Positions 11,953-23,225 of a DNA stretch of 64,000 nt are shown piece by piece (the stretch's first letter is position 1; each line of letters begins with the position of its first letter). The notes under the pieces are model-generated. The model had not been told where the DNA came from. It did not search any database and saw nothing but the letters and a program-made list of their open reading frames with translations. Source of the stretch: Eremomyces bilateralis CBS 781.70. Its lineage: Eukaryota. Location: NCBI GenBank assembly GCA_010015585.1, contig ML975160.1, one strand, 5' to 3'. Both the position numbers and the translations under genes were made by a program.

Positions 11953-14110
11953 TCAGAGCAAAAAGCGAAACCCTTTCCCAGCCGCCTCCTCCGGCACGGC
12001 GCCACCCGACGACATGACCCCATCCACATGCTCTCCGCGATCCAGCTTCTTGTTTAGCCGCTGCAGCATGAAATAAAGGATCGTCGCCATCACGAGCGCC
12101 ACAAACAGCGTGGCGCAATTGACGCTCATCGCGACGGCGTATCGCGGCCCTGCCGACTTCGGGTAGAGATACGAGGCCCAAATTTGAGCACAGTTGGACA
12201 CGGCGTTGATGAAGGCGAGGCTTGCTGCGCGCTTTGAGGGAGGTCGGGGGATACAGTTGGAGATGTACCCCAAGATGACGACTAGAATAGTAGAGGTCAG
12301 AAATGGAATCCGTTCAGTCTGGTCAGTGGCAACTAACCGTATGAGCTTGAGTCAGGTTAGTGATTGTTCACAAGTCAATCAAGACTTAAATAAATAGGCA
12401 AGTTGGAACACTTACGGATAGATTCCTGATAACATGAGCATCATTGCTACATATCTGTAGCCCGCGTTAGATGGAAATGTTTTATGCTATCAAGTAGTCC
12501 TTAATTGATGACCTCACCTAGGCGCCACCGCCGTTGTAGCCGAAGCTAATATAAACGCTGCAATCCCAACTAGTAGGGGTAAAGAGATATGGCGGTATCG
12601 TTCGCCAGTGCGGTCTGCATGCCATGCGTTTAGAAACGAGGTAATGACGGCTAGGACGTACGGCGGCGCAGTAAGTAATAATGTGGGAATAGGGTTGTAG
12701 CCCAACGTCTCCACTCTAATTTTGGTAAGCCGGATTCAATGACTGGAGTGGAAAGGGGGAAGTGAAGGGGTTACTCACACGGTGGGGAAGAAATTCGTGA
12801 TCGAGGCGGCATTCACGACTGCTGTCAGCTGAATTGCAAGGATGAACACCTTGATATCAGTTATGGCTAGCTTGAAGCCATGCCAGAATGTCTGATCGGC
12901 GCTACCGGTCCAGTCATCCATGCCTATATCTTCCTCCAGCCTATAGATCGCAAGCTCTCGTTCCTCTTCCGAAAGCCATTTGGTGGTTCGAGGAAAGTTG
13001 GGAAGGATAAACGCGGCAGCAATAGCTATGACGATTGTGATGGCCCCTTCGATGTAGAAGATCCACCTCCATGCCCGTAAACCGCGAGCCCCGTCCATAC
13101 CGTCTGCTACACCAGCGGTAATGAGACCTGAGAATGCGCCTGAAATGAGGGACCCTGGAAATTCTTAGCCCTTTTTTTACAGTGTCAGGATACTTGGGGG
13201 GTTACCGGAGTAGAGGATGGCAGTGCGGAATCCTAGTTCCTTACGAGTGTACCAGCAAGACAAGAAATACAGGCAACCTGGCTGTTTTCATATTAGTTGT
13301 GCTCACCAAGTACACTGAAGACGTGATACATACGAAATACGCAGCTTCAACGAAACCCAGGGCGAATCGAACCGCAACAAGGCCACCATAGCTATTTACG
13401 GTACCTGTCAGAGTGCTGACAAGTCCCCAAACCACCATGCAGGTTGAGAGGTATATGGATGGTCGTCCGATCTTGTTCAACAGCAGGTTCGAAGGCACTG
13501 TTTCCGATTAGCAGTTGAGGAGGACCATGGAAGGGGTCAAGGGGTCAAGGGGTCAAGCCTTTTACCTTGCATTAGGACATATCCAACGAATAAAATGCTG
13601 ACCGCAAGTTGAAACTGAGCGCTGGTAAGTTGTAGCTCATCTGTGGTGTGTCAGGAACGGCCAAAAAGTCGCTGCCGCTTTTGGACTGACCTTCAAGTCC
13701 GGCCAACCTAGCGGTGGCTATATTGTTCCTGTCCATGTCAGCTACCATAGTGGCAGCTTTATCAGTCCTCCCTACATACCTGTCTAAATAATTCCTAATC
13801 CAATGGCGTCAGTGAAAGCGTGAAAGCCAGTTAATTGCAGGCGCGTACATGATATACCTAACTCTTGTCAGTGGGAGGGTGAGCTAACAACGACAAAGAA
13901 GTACATAATTATGACCATAGGAAGCAGACGGAAATCAATCTTCTGCACAAGTTTCCGTTCGAAAGAGACGCGATAATCATAGCTCATCGCTCCAATTGAT
14001 GCGGGAGGCTCGATAGCCCTCCGTGCTGAGGCAGCACCAATGCCAGTGACATCTCCATGCGAACGAAATTCATCGTGGGAACCCCTCTCTTTCACAGGAT
14101 ATTTGTCCAT
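11953..14110 (-). CDS. MFS transporter, anion:cation symporter (Dal5/Tna1-like) family, about 11 introns
   Basis: Spliced product includes LVQKIDFRLLPMVIIMYIMNYLDRNNIATARLAGLE, GFVEAAYFPGCLYFLSCWY, WRWIFYIEG and YPKSAGPRY. Upstream in-frame ATGs at 14143 and 14203 are alternatives. Confidence 0.9.
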
Positions 14111-14751
14111 GCTTTCTCTAAAGCGTCTCTGAGATGAGGCCATGTGAAGCGATCTAGTGGAAGATGAGGATGTAGAATAGAGGTGGGAATGGTTTAGGAG
14201 CATGAAAAAGTGGGAAATTCATGTAACTAAATAATGATATGGCATTTTACCCAGTGTCTCTTTGCGACCATCATGATCATCATGACCATCATGACCGCTT
14301 TCCGTCTCACAATGCCTTGGTTTGCGGGATTCTCCAGGGAGACCGAACTCCCGCTGATCTTCAACGTCACTTATGCACAATGCTCTAGGGAAGTGGGAAT
14401 CCATGACATTTAGGAAAAATCCTAGGGGGCCGTCATTTCATTGGAGGAGGTTGCATGCGATCGTCACCAGTTACTCAGCCACTTCGTTTCCTAATCAAGC
14501 AGGTCGTCTTGGTTCATAAAATAGGTCTGTGGTGCATAAGGCGACCGTTCTGCCCCAAATCATCACTTGCGGAGCTAGCACGGCAGTGCCCGCGACGGTG
14601 CCTGGGTGGGGATACTGTGTAAGTGTGTAGTGCCAGGCCTGCAGTGTCAAGTGTCCGTGGCGGTGTCCGTGCCTCCGTGGCGTAGGTCACACCGTCACAG
14701 CACGTGCTTCAAGTTCAGGAACCAAAGAATCAGAAAGCTGGAGAGGAATTG

Positions 14752-16581
14752 TATTTTCATTAAAGACCATATTTTCAATTTCACCACCATCTTCACATCT
14801 CTTTCAATTTTACACCATCCAACATGCCGAAACGCGGCAATTTTTCAGAGGAAACCCTTCAAAAGGCACTTGAGAAGGCCAGAGATCAAAAAAAAGAGGG
14901 GAAAAAGGTCAACTTCTCGGCTTTGGAGCGCGAATTCCAAGTCGGTCGGTTGGTCATTAAGGGCCGTCTTGAGGGCACCCATACATCATATTCCAACCGC
15001 TCGCGTTACCAACGATCGACCAAACTCGATGAAGGACAAGAAAGGGCTCTTATCGAGTGGATTCATCTTCTCGATACAAGGGGAGCGCCTCCGACACCGA
15101 ACGAGATCGAAAATTGCGCCAATTCTATCCTCCGCCGGAACGCCCCAGACTCGACCCAGCCGCCTCAGGTTGGTAAGATGTGGAAATATAACTTTATTAA
15201 ACGTCACTCTCTTCCTCTTAATGATCGAAAGCCAATCAAAGAGGACCGTCTCTACGCTAAGGATCTTGAGGTTGTTCGCCATTGGTTCCAACTCTTAACG
15301 GAACAGGTCGTGGAGCATAAGATCGATGCCCGGAATATATATAACTTCGACGAAAGCGGCTTCCGCCTTGGAGGGGGAAAACGTCAAAAGGTGGTTAGTT
15401 TCCAACCGGAGGCTAAACGAGGTAGTTCGAGTACGGAGACAGGCGAATCGGTTACCGATATCGAGTGTATTGCCGCCGATGGCTTCGTTCTTCCGCCCTA
15501 TTTTGTCCTTAAGGGTGAGAACCATCTTGAACGGTGGTACGACAGTCCTCGTATTCCAGGCGACTACCGGATCAATATCTCAACCTCTGGCTGGTCAAAC
15601 GATCTAGTTGCCTTCGATTGGATTCAACATTTCCACCGGCATACGCAGCACCGCGTTACCCTAGGCGGGAAACGGCTTCTCCTTATGGATAACCATGGGT
15701 CGCATCTTACGAACGATTTCATCGAATTCTGCCATGCCGTTGATATTATTCCCTTTCCATTTCCGCCTCATACGACACATTTCCTTCAACCTCTAGACGA
15801 CAAGCCGTTTCTTGCCTTGAAGTACTATTTCCGGCAATCGAATACCAAGGTTTCACGGTGGGGTTTCTTCGCGGCCGATAAGGCATCCTTCCTCGATGAG
15901 ATGCCTCAGATTCGCGAAAACGCCCTTAAACCACGTACCGTTCGAAATTCCTTTAAGGAGAGGGGTCTTTGGCCGATAGATCCGGAGAAGATTCTATCAA
16001 TACTTCGTGATCAGAGGGATGACGGCCCTGATCTTCAAATATACAATGGGTCTTCTCCTCCACCAACCTCAAGTATTACGGCCACTCCAAGCGTATCTCC
16101 ACCCAATACCATTCGAACGGCACGCCGGAGACAGATGAAGATCGTAAATACGCCCGAGGCCCTATTTTCGAGCCGGAAATACCAACGTCGCATCCGCCAA
16201 GCGATCCAGGCCAATATCCGGGCGGTCAGGCTCCTGGAGGAGCTTCAGGTCGTAGTTTCGGATATCCAACGCCGCTAAAGGCAAGAGAAAAGGTCAAAGA
16301 CCGAGCGGCATGTAAAAATGGGCCTTAGCCAGACGGGTGCCTTGGATGTCCGGCAGGCGAAGAGACATATCGATGCGCGGGGCGAGGAGGGGCGAAAGGC
16401 CAAGATTAGGAAGGCACAGCAGGAATGGGGGCGGGAAAAAAGAGAAGGGAACATCTCCCATACAGGAATTACCCGTGGAGGAGGAGAATTTGGGTTTTAA
16501 TTTTAATGCGTTGCCACTTGCCAGAATTCGAGTAATACGTCTCTGATATCGAAATTGAAATTATGATCTATAATGAAAATA
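14752..16581 (+). mobile_element. pogo/Fot1-like (Tc1-mariner superfamily) DNA transposon, about 1.83 kb
   Basis: Inverted repeats 14752-14782 and 16551-16581 (28/31 identical, TA at both outer ends) flank a DDE transposase. True termini may lie slightly further out. Confidence 0.8.
14824..16500 (+). pseudogene. Fot1/pogo DD35D transposase with one in-frame premature stop (TAA 16276-16278)
   Basis: CENP-B-type HTH region followed by NFDESG, LLMDNHGSH and QPLDD (35 aa between the 2nd and 3rd Asp). The frame continues past the TAA into GLSQTGALDVRQAKRHI and ends at TAA 16498-16500. Confidence 0.85.
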
Positions 16582-17267
16582 TGGTGTGGGTCCAAGGGCC
16601 ACGGATACTCCGTACTTATCACCACTGAAGTAACTCGCTAATTACGCGATCAACATTCAACCGTGATTAGGACTTCAAGACTCGCCCGCCCTGTCAAGTG
16701 TCAGCACAGTGTGTGGCTGAATCATTGAAATGTGGCTGAGTTCTGCGGAGGCGCTTGATGCCCCAGGCTACAAGGCATAAAAACATTACCCTCCTACCAA
16801 GCCACATGCCGTCCAATCCTTCGGCTTCCCATCCTGTCTTGGGCCTGTCCAGTCACACATGGGCCGACCGAAGTTGGCCCGACGGGCTCAGGAATCAATC
16901 AATCAATCCTGTCCAGCCACGCCAGCCTGTGCCTGAACTGGTGGACACCACGACACCAGGCGCTGGCTGAGGGTGTTGTATTTATTAATCGACATCTGCA
17001 ACGAGCTTTATCCGCGAAGACCCCAACTCTACGGCGTAGATTCGAACACAATAGGTACGGAGTATTGCAAGTGGTTTTGCTGTGGTTTTCCGTGGAGTTA
17101 TACATTATTCGGATAACTCATCCGGGCGGCGAAATTTTTCATGCTAGCATCCCGGTGTATTACACAGAGTCCGTCCCTTTAAATTAACCTATCCATTTTA
17201 TTGACTGTTTTATGTCGGCACAGGAATTCAACGTTTAATAGGAGATGGGTCTGAGTTTTCGGAAATC

Positions 17268-18893
17268 ATGGGAATGGTTTCGTGGCTGAAAGCCTGGCTG
17301 CCCTCCAGACGATATCCTAAAGCTCATGCTCGTCGCTTTTCAATCAGCCATCCAACGGTTCGACCCGACCGACGGCCTTTCTTCCGAGCGGCCGGCTTGA
17401 ATTTCGCGCAATTGCAGATTGTATTCTTCGCTTTATTTGCGTACATATTCGCGGCCTTATTTCAGCAAACCGTTCATGTCCACAACCTTCAAATTCTTTT
17501 CGTGGATTACGGTGGAGGAGAGATTGGGAATGCGGTTCGCGGAGCATATTCCCAGTTGCGCGGGGACGGCTTCCCAACCTTGATCGAGCGGGATGCCTTA
17601 GAATTCTCATTGCTGAATGCAGATATTGAGCAACAGATGCGAGAGGAGGTCTGCCAGCAGCGGTACTGGGGAGCAATCTTTACAAGTCCGTCGACGGAAG
17701 CGATTTTGAGCGCTGCGGGTAACCCGACACCGAACGACAACCAGTCCCACGCGCTTCACCTGGTTTGGAACGAGGCTCTGTATCCACAAGTCTCCGATGC
17801 TACCATCTTCCAGAATATCCAACGGTTATCCAGCGTGGCGGAGAACGCATACAGATCAACTATAGCCGCCAGCGTGCTCGGAGTCGCCTCTTCCACCTCT
17901 CAACAGACTCTAGAGTCGGTCATCGCCATCCTTTCGAATCCTTGGACGCTAAACTCTGTTAACATCAAGCCCACGACTCATGGTGCTCGCCTGATTTACA
18001 ACAGTCTCGTGTTCATCTTGATCATGCTTCAAGAATTCTTTTACCTCGGAACCATTAATGGGTTGAGCACACAGTTCCGCATCTACCCACGAATCCATCC
18101 TCTTCGTATTATCACGATACGGAGCATGATTTCGATATCTTACACGTTCGTTGGGAGTCTTTGCACCACTGGAATGATTTGGGCGTTCCGCTACGGTTGG
18201 GACGTGGGCGGCAAAGAGTTTATCGCGACGTGGACGATTCTATGGCTCCTCGCACACGTCAATTTCTGCATTTTGGACGTGATGACGACCATTACTCCGC
18301 CTCCCTACCAGCCGATGTTGCTTGTCACCTGGGTCATGTGTAATGCCGCCAGCCTCCTAATACCTTTGGAACTATCCCCAGGCTTCTATCGCTGGGCTTA
18401 CGCGCTTCCGGCATACGAAACATACCAAATATTGGGCGATATCTGGTCTGGTGGATGTAATCCGAAGCTCCACCGTGCTTTGCCGATATTATTCTCGTGG
18501 GAGGTCATGGGCTTCATTGCAAGTGGGATTGGAGTCTATCGGCGGTGCCACCACTCCCTCGTGGCAGAAGAGTTGCAGGAAGAAGCATTCCAGAAGAAGT
18601 TGAACGCTGCTGTACGGGAGGCACGAAAAGCAGAAGATGACAGCGAAGAGACAGAAAAGTTTCGGAATGATACTTCGGCTATGGAGGCTCCAACTTTCTC
18701 CACGACGGGCACACCCATGCCTCCTACTCCGCATGTGGCTGAACCCTCTATTAGGAGAGTGGCTACCGCTCCCGAAAGTTTATCAATCAGGAGGCCACGT
18801 TGGAGTAGCGTCAGTTATGGACCCTGTTTTCCGTTAGCCTTTGGATCCGGGGAGCAATCTTTAGAGTCCGGAGAGGCGGTGGTAGATGAATGA
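17268..18893 (+). CDS. SNG1-family (nitrosoguanidine resistance, DUF3533-like) membrane protein
   Basis: 541-aa intronless ORF: N-terminal TM, HNLQILFVDYGGG, YWGAIF, a multi-TM C-half with PLELSPGFYRWAYALP and IWSGGCNPKL. Confidence 0.8.
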   Translation: MGMVSWLKAWLPSRRYPKAHARRFSISHPTVRPDRRPFFRAAGLNFAQLQIVFFALFAYIFAALFQQTVHVHNLQILFVDYGGGEIGNAVRGAYSQLRGDGFPTLIERDALEFSLLNADIEQQMREEVCQQRYWGAIFTSPSTEAILSAAGNPTPNDNQSHALHLVWNEALYPQVSDATIFQNIQRLSSVAENAYRSTIAASVLGVASSTSQQTLESVIAILSNPWTLNSVNIKPTTHGARLIYNSLVFILIMLQEFFYLGTINGLSTQFRIYPRIHPLRIITIRSMISISYTFVGSLCTTGMIWAFRYGWDVGGKEFIATWTILWLLAHVNFCILDVMTTITPPPYQPMLLVTWVMCNAASLLIPLELSPGFYRWAYALPAYETYQILGDIWSGGCNPKLHRALPILFSWEVMGFIASGIGVYRRCHHSLVAEELQEEAFQKKLNAAVREARKAEDDSEETEKFRNDTSAMEAPTFSTTGTPMPPTPHVAEPSIRRVATAPESLSIRRPRWSSVSYGPCFPLAFGSGEQSLESGEAVVDE

Positions 18894-19581
18894 AAGAAGC
18901 TCAAGGATTTCGAGGAGACCCTGACGGCCAATTCACCTGTCCACTGTCAGCATCTAACATTTCGACACGCGGTGACCGTCGAGTGCCGTTTTAGAGGGAA
19001 CTATTAGACACACTCTATACACTATTGTTTAGATTATGGTAGGGCTACCCCAAGAAGGGGTGGTAATAGATCACAAGTCTCCAGGGCAAGAACCTGGTTC
19101 CGGGTGGGTTGTGTGCACCGATACGAAAATCATGGTGGAGGACAGGCTCGTTGAAAACCGGTTCCCGATCCATTGGCGATGCGGTGCGCCTAGTGCTGTG
19201 GCTCCCGAGTTTCATAGTCATGCATTTTCAGCCAATGTATCGGTTACACAGAAGTTATACCAAGGGTGGATAATAGACACCGAAACTACAAATAGATGGT
19301 GCGAGCCTGTAGCAAGGATGAAGCATTTTTACGGCAGAGGCTTTTTGTGATTGATGGTTCCAGCGTGGAGTCGTTAAAGGCTAGCTGCTACTCATCAGGT
19401 TGCAACAATCTCCCAAGTACAGCACCGTACTCGAGAAGAGGTAGGATCGACGCTTGGGACAGATTTGTTCGCCGTACGGGTATTTAAAGTACACATCAAC
19501 AGGTGGCGCACGGAAACGTCACCGATTTTTTTTCTCGCGCCATCACCATCGCTGCACAGACTTCACTCTCACTTTCCGACG

Positions 19582-20909
19582 ATGCGAGTCTTTGTGGGTT
19601 TACTTATCCTCCTCGGTTTCGTCGTGGAATCGATCAATTCGCGTCCTTCTATGAGGAGTCGAGTCTGGTCCAATGCGAGAGTAGTCCATCGGGAGTACTT
19701 TTATAGTGGAGGAGAATATGTCAAAGTGACGGTAATTATCGTCCGCGATTCCGATCCTGGCAATGTCTAAAGTGAAATAACAAGTCTGGAAACATTACGG
19801 ATCAATACATGGTAGGCCAGATCTATGTCGAAAGGCTCACGCCAGAACAAATCGTTCATAATGATCCTATTGTGTTCATTGCAGGCGCTGGCCAGACTGG
19901 AACGGTAGTTGCGATCTGCTAGAAATCGCTACACGGAACGAGGCACTGACCTTTTCTCTAGAATTTCTTGGAGACACCTGATGGGCGGCCTGGATGGGCA
20001 TCTTATTTCCTTGAACGAGGCTTCGTGGTGTATTTGACAGATCAACCCGAGCGGTAGGTTCATCGAGCCAGCAATCAATGCCACAACTGACCAAGTTTTT
20101 GCAGTGGCCGATCACCATGGCTTCCCGGTAATGGAATCATGGCTTCGGTCGGTACAAGAGTAATTGAGTCCTGTTTCACTGCTCCCAGTGACTTTGGACT
20201 CTGGCCCCAGGCTCATCTCCACAATCAGTGGCCAGGTACGGGGCGGATTGGCGACCCGGTGTTTGATGCTTTCTACGCGACACAGGTGCAATTACAGAGG
20301 AACAATACGCTATCAGAAGAAAGGAATGCGAAGGCTTATACTGCATTGATGGACCGAGTTGGCCCTGCGCATCTCATCGTGCATAGTCAAGCCGGATCAT
20401 ATGGTTGGCGAGTGGCCGACGCACGACCTCAGCTAGTCAAGACCCTCATTGCGCTGGAACCAACAGGGCCGCCTTTTGAGAACGCATTTCCATTTGAGGG
20501 CAGGGAAAGAACGTGGGGATTAACAATACTTGAGATTTCGTATGACCCCCCGGCTGGCCCGAACGCGGAAGAATTGAAGACAGTCAGAATTCCGCCACGG
20601 GAGGCGAACAAATCCGAGTGCATTTTACAAGCCGAACCCCCGAAGAAGCTGAAAAATCTTTCCAAAGTGCCGGTGCTCGTCGTCACGGGGGAAGCCAGCT
20701 ACCATCAGCCGTACGAATGGTGTACGGTCGAATACTTAAAGCAGGGAGGGGTGGATGTAACGTTCCTCGACCTTCCACAGGAGGGTATCTATGGGAATGG
20801 ACACATGATGTTCATGGAGAAGAATAATATGGAGATTTCGGAAAGGGCTTTGCATTGGTTGCTCGAATATGAAGTGAAATTGCATATCAGCGAAGAGAAT
20901 GCGCTTTGA
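19582..20909 (+). CDS. Secreted alpha/beta hydrolase
   Basis: Signal peptide MRVFVGLLILLGFVVES; three introns (first is 19732-19784) give [45 protein letters not shown]; nucleophile motif HSQAG; GNGHMMFMEKN. Confidence 0.85.
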
Positions 20910-20974
20910 CGTGTTTGTCCTACTCTAAACAGGGTCCAGAACCCCCGAAGGATTCTCAAGATATCTTAACAAGC

Positions 20975-22219
20975 TCATGGAGTTGCACCGGTTAGTTGAA
21001 CCTGATAATCCAAGCCTTGGGCAACAACACCGGTGATAGAAAATGCATCATACAAAGCCAGGCTGGATGGAGTATTCGCAATAACCAAGGTCGCCTCCTC
21101 ACCACTTGCTCGGGTTGCCTCGCCGGCGCCATTGGCCAAATCCACATAGCGCACGCTTCCGTTTTGAGATCGAATCGCCAAGGTTGCAGTAAAAGGAGCA
21201 TTGGCCGTGACTTTCGCCGTAACTGCACCAGTACCTTTCAATGGGATTATGCTCGCTCCCATATACAGGGGCCTTCGATTCCGTTTAACTCGATACGTCC
21301 CACTTCCAGTGGAATCGAGATTCGAGTAGTTAATTCGGGTCTTCAGCTGTTGGAAAAGTTGCTGTGCTTGGGTATGGCCGATGTCCACGTACGCCATTCT
21401 AGCCCAGTATCGTCCGATAATTGTTTGAATAGGCGTCGATTGCGCAACCCGTTCCAGAGCATGAAGTGGCGTTTCGTTGCTTTTTTGCTTGTACTGCCTC
21501 ATCATCTCTCGTACAGTCGTCGGTCCGAGATTGGGATACTTGTCGGGGTTGTTGGTCACGTACGTGAGCAATGGCCATGATTGATAATAGTTGCCGGATC
21601 CCGTTGATGCATCAACAATGGTTTGATGGGAGGAGCCGATGACCTTGTTCAAATCAATTTGTGTGCGGCCTTCAGGCTGGTTGTATTGCGCCCTGGCTTT
21701 GGCGCAAAGCGGGGATGTCATGAAAGTATCGGCTACCCAATTTGCCATGGGTTCCCACCAAGCACCGGTTCGCTGTTGATCGACCCAATTCTTCTCATGG
21801 TATGCTAGAGCGTGTCCAAATTCGTGAACCGTGACAGCCGGATCCGCAATATACCGTGTGACAACTTTGAGGTAGCTGTATCCGGTACGAGGGTCCGAGA
21901 ACATTTGACCGGCGGCGGCGCCAAGAGAAGAAACCCCATAGATGTTCATCTTAGAGTACGGTCCACGGTTTGACGCATCGTTGAAGGAGAGTCCAGTCGA
22001 CCGCCAGCCTAAGTCCCCAATGAAACAGGTATAGGCAACTTCCAGTTCTCGGACTGCCGCATCGGCCTGGGTGGAAGACGCACCAAATATTCGGAAATGA
22101 GGCGACTCTTTTGAAACCCTTCCACCTCCGCCCACATTGTTGGCTTGGAAGGTGGGTTCCGTAGTTTGCGCTCCAACTTGGAGCGCTGCCAGCGCTAAGA
22201 CGGAAACTATACAATGCAT
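20975..22219 (-). CDS. Secreted putative zinc metallopeptidase (HEXXH; DUF6055-like)
   Basis: 414-aa intronless ORF; signal peptide MHCIVSVLALAALQVGA; HEFGH motif with downstream WWE Glu; beta-rich C-terminal domain. Confidence 0.75.
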   Translation of the reverse strand: MHCIVSVLALAALQVGAQTTEPTFQANNVGGGGRVSKESPHFRIFGASSTQADAAVRELEVAYTCFIGDLGWRSTGLSFNDASNRGPYSKMNIYGVSSLGAAAGQMFSDPRTGYSYLKVVTRYIADPAVTVHEFGHALAYHEKNWVDQQRTGAWWEPMANWVADTFMTSPLCAKARAQYNQPEGRTQIDLNKVIGSSHQTIVDASTGSGNYYQSWPLLTYVTNNPDKYPNLGPTTVREMMRQYKQKSNETPLHALERVAQSTPIQTIIGRYWARMAYVDIGHTQAQQLFQQLKTRINYSNLDSTGSGTYRVKRNRRPLYMGASIIPLKGTGAVTAKVTANAPFTATLAIRSQNGSVRYVDLANGAGEATRASGEEATLVIANTPSSLALYDAFSITGVVAQGLDYQVQLTGATP

Positions 22220-23225
22220 CTTGTAGACTGAGGATAAGGAGATTAATCAAGAAAAACCTACATGTTCTAAAGGTGCGATAGGTGATTATAATACAAGAAC
22301 CGTGGGGATTCGGCCAATGTTGGTGGCTGATGAGCAATGCGTCGTATATAGTAGACAACGACAAGTTCACGAAACTTGAGTTCACTCTACTGGGAAAACG
22401 AGAAATAAAACAAGAAATGCCAGGCTAAGTTAGGGCTCGACTTTAGTGCTCAGGGCATCGAAAAGAAACAAACAGACTTGGCATGAATGTTTCTAATATG
22501 AGCATTGTAGGCGGATATTCTACCTTTCATTTCGGTCAGCCTTTTCGGCCAAGCCTAGGGCAGAGTTCGTCGACCATAGCTAATAATAATATCTCCATGG
22601 CACTCTCACATGAAAGTCATCCTAGAGGGCGGATTTCGCAGGCAATTGTTGCAGATACAGTGGATACGTGTAACTAACCTGTGGTAATTTGGTAGGTTCC
22701 CGTTCAGTTCATCTGGTCGAGGTTTCGAGGATGTTGCTTTGACTTGTGAATGTTGTGAGCTTGGAACGCTGGCGTGAATGCGTGATCAATAGGTAGATGT
22801 CACGTGCCATGGCCTAATTTGATGCCTCAGGCTTGGAATAGCGCCAAGCTTTCACTGCCTACCCTCATATCCGCTCCGCTCCGCTCCGCCGCTCCTCCAC
22901 CAATCCAGCCCTAGTGCTTCCCTACATCATGATGCAAGCTCGGATGTGAGGTTCATGCTCCAAGTGAACCATAGCTTCATTCTCGCCGGCTTCCCCGTTG
23001 GAACTTACTTTGATGAAGTAGAAGCTAGTTCCCCCGGTATTCTTGCATACATATCCTGTTGTCCACCGCCGGGTTTGACATCCTTCTCCTGCCTTGTTGC
23101 CGCCCTTATCCCCTGTACCGGTACATATGCAGGGCTCCTGGCCCGATGTATAGGTCGCCTTCCCACCGATCGTGACCGCAAACCGCGCGAGCCGTCACCC
23201 GAAACTTTACGACGTGTCGGATACA

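Noticed and set aside
13532..14296. AGGGGTCA x3 in an MFS intron and CATCATGA(T/C) x3 in its promoter
   Set aside because: Simple short tandem repeats with no functional evidence.
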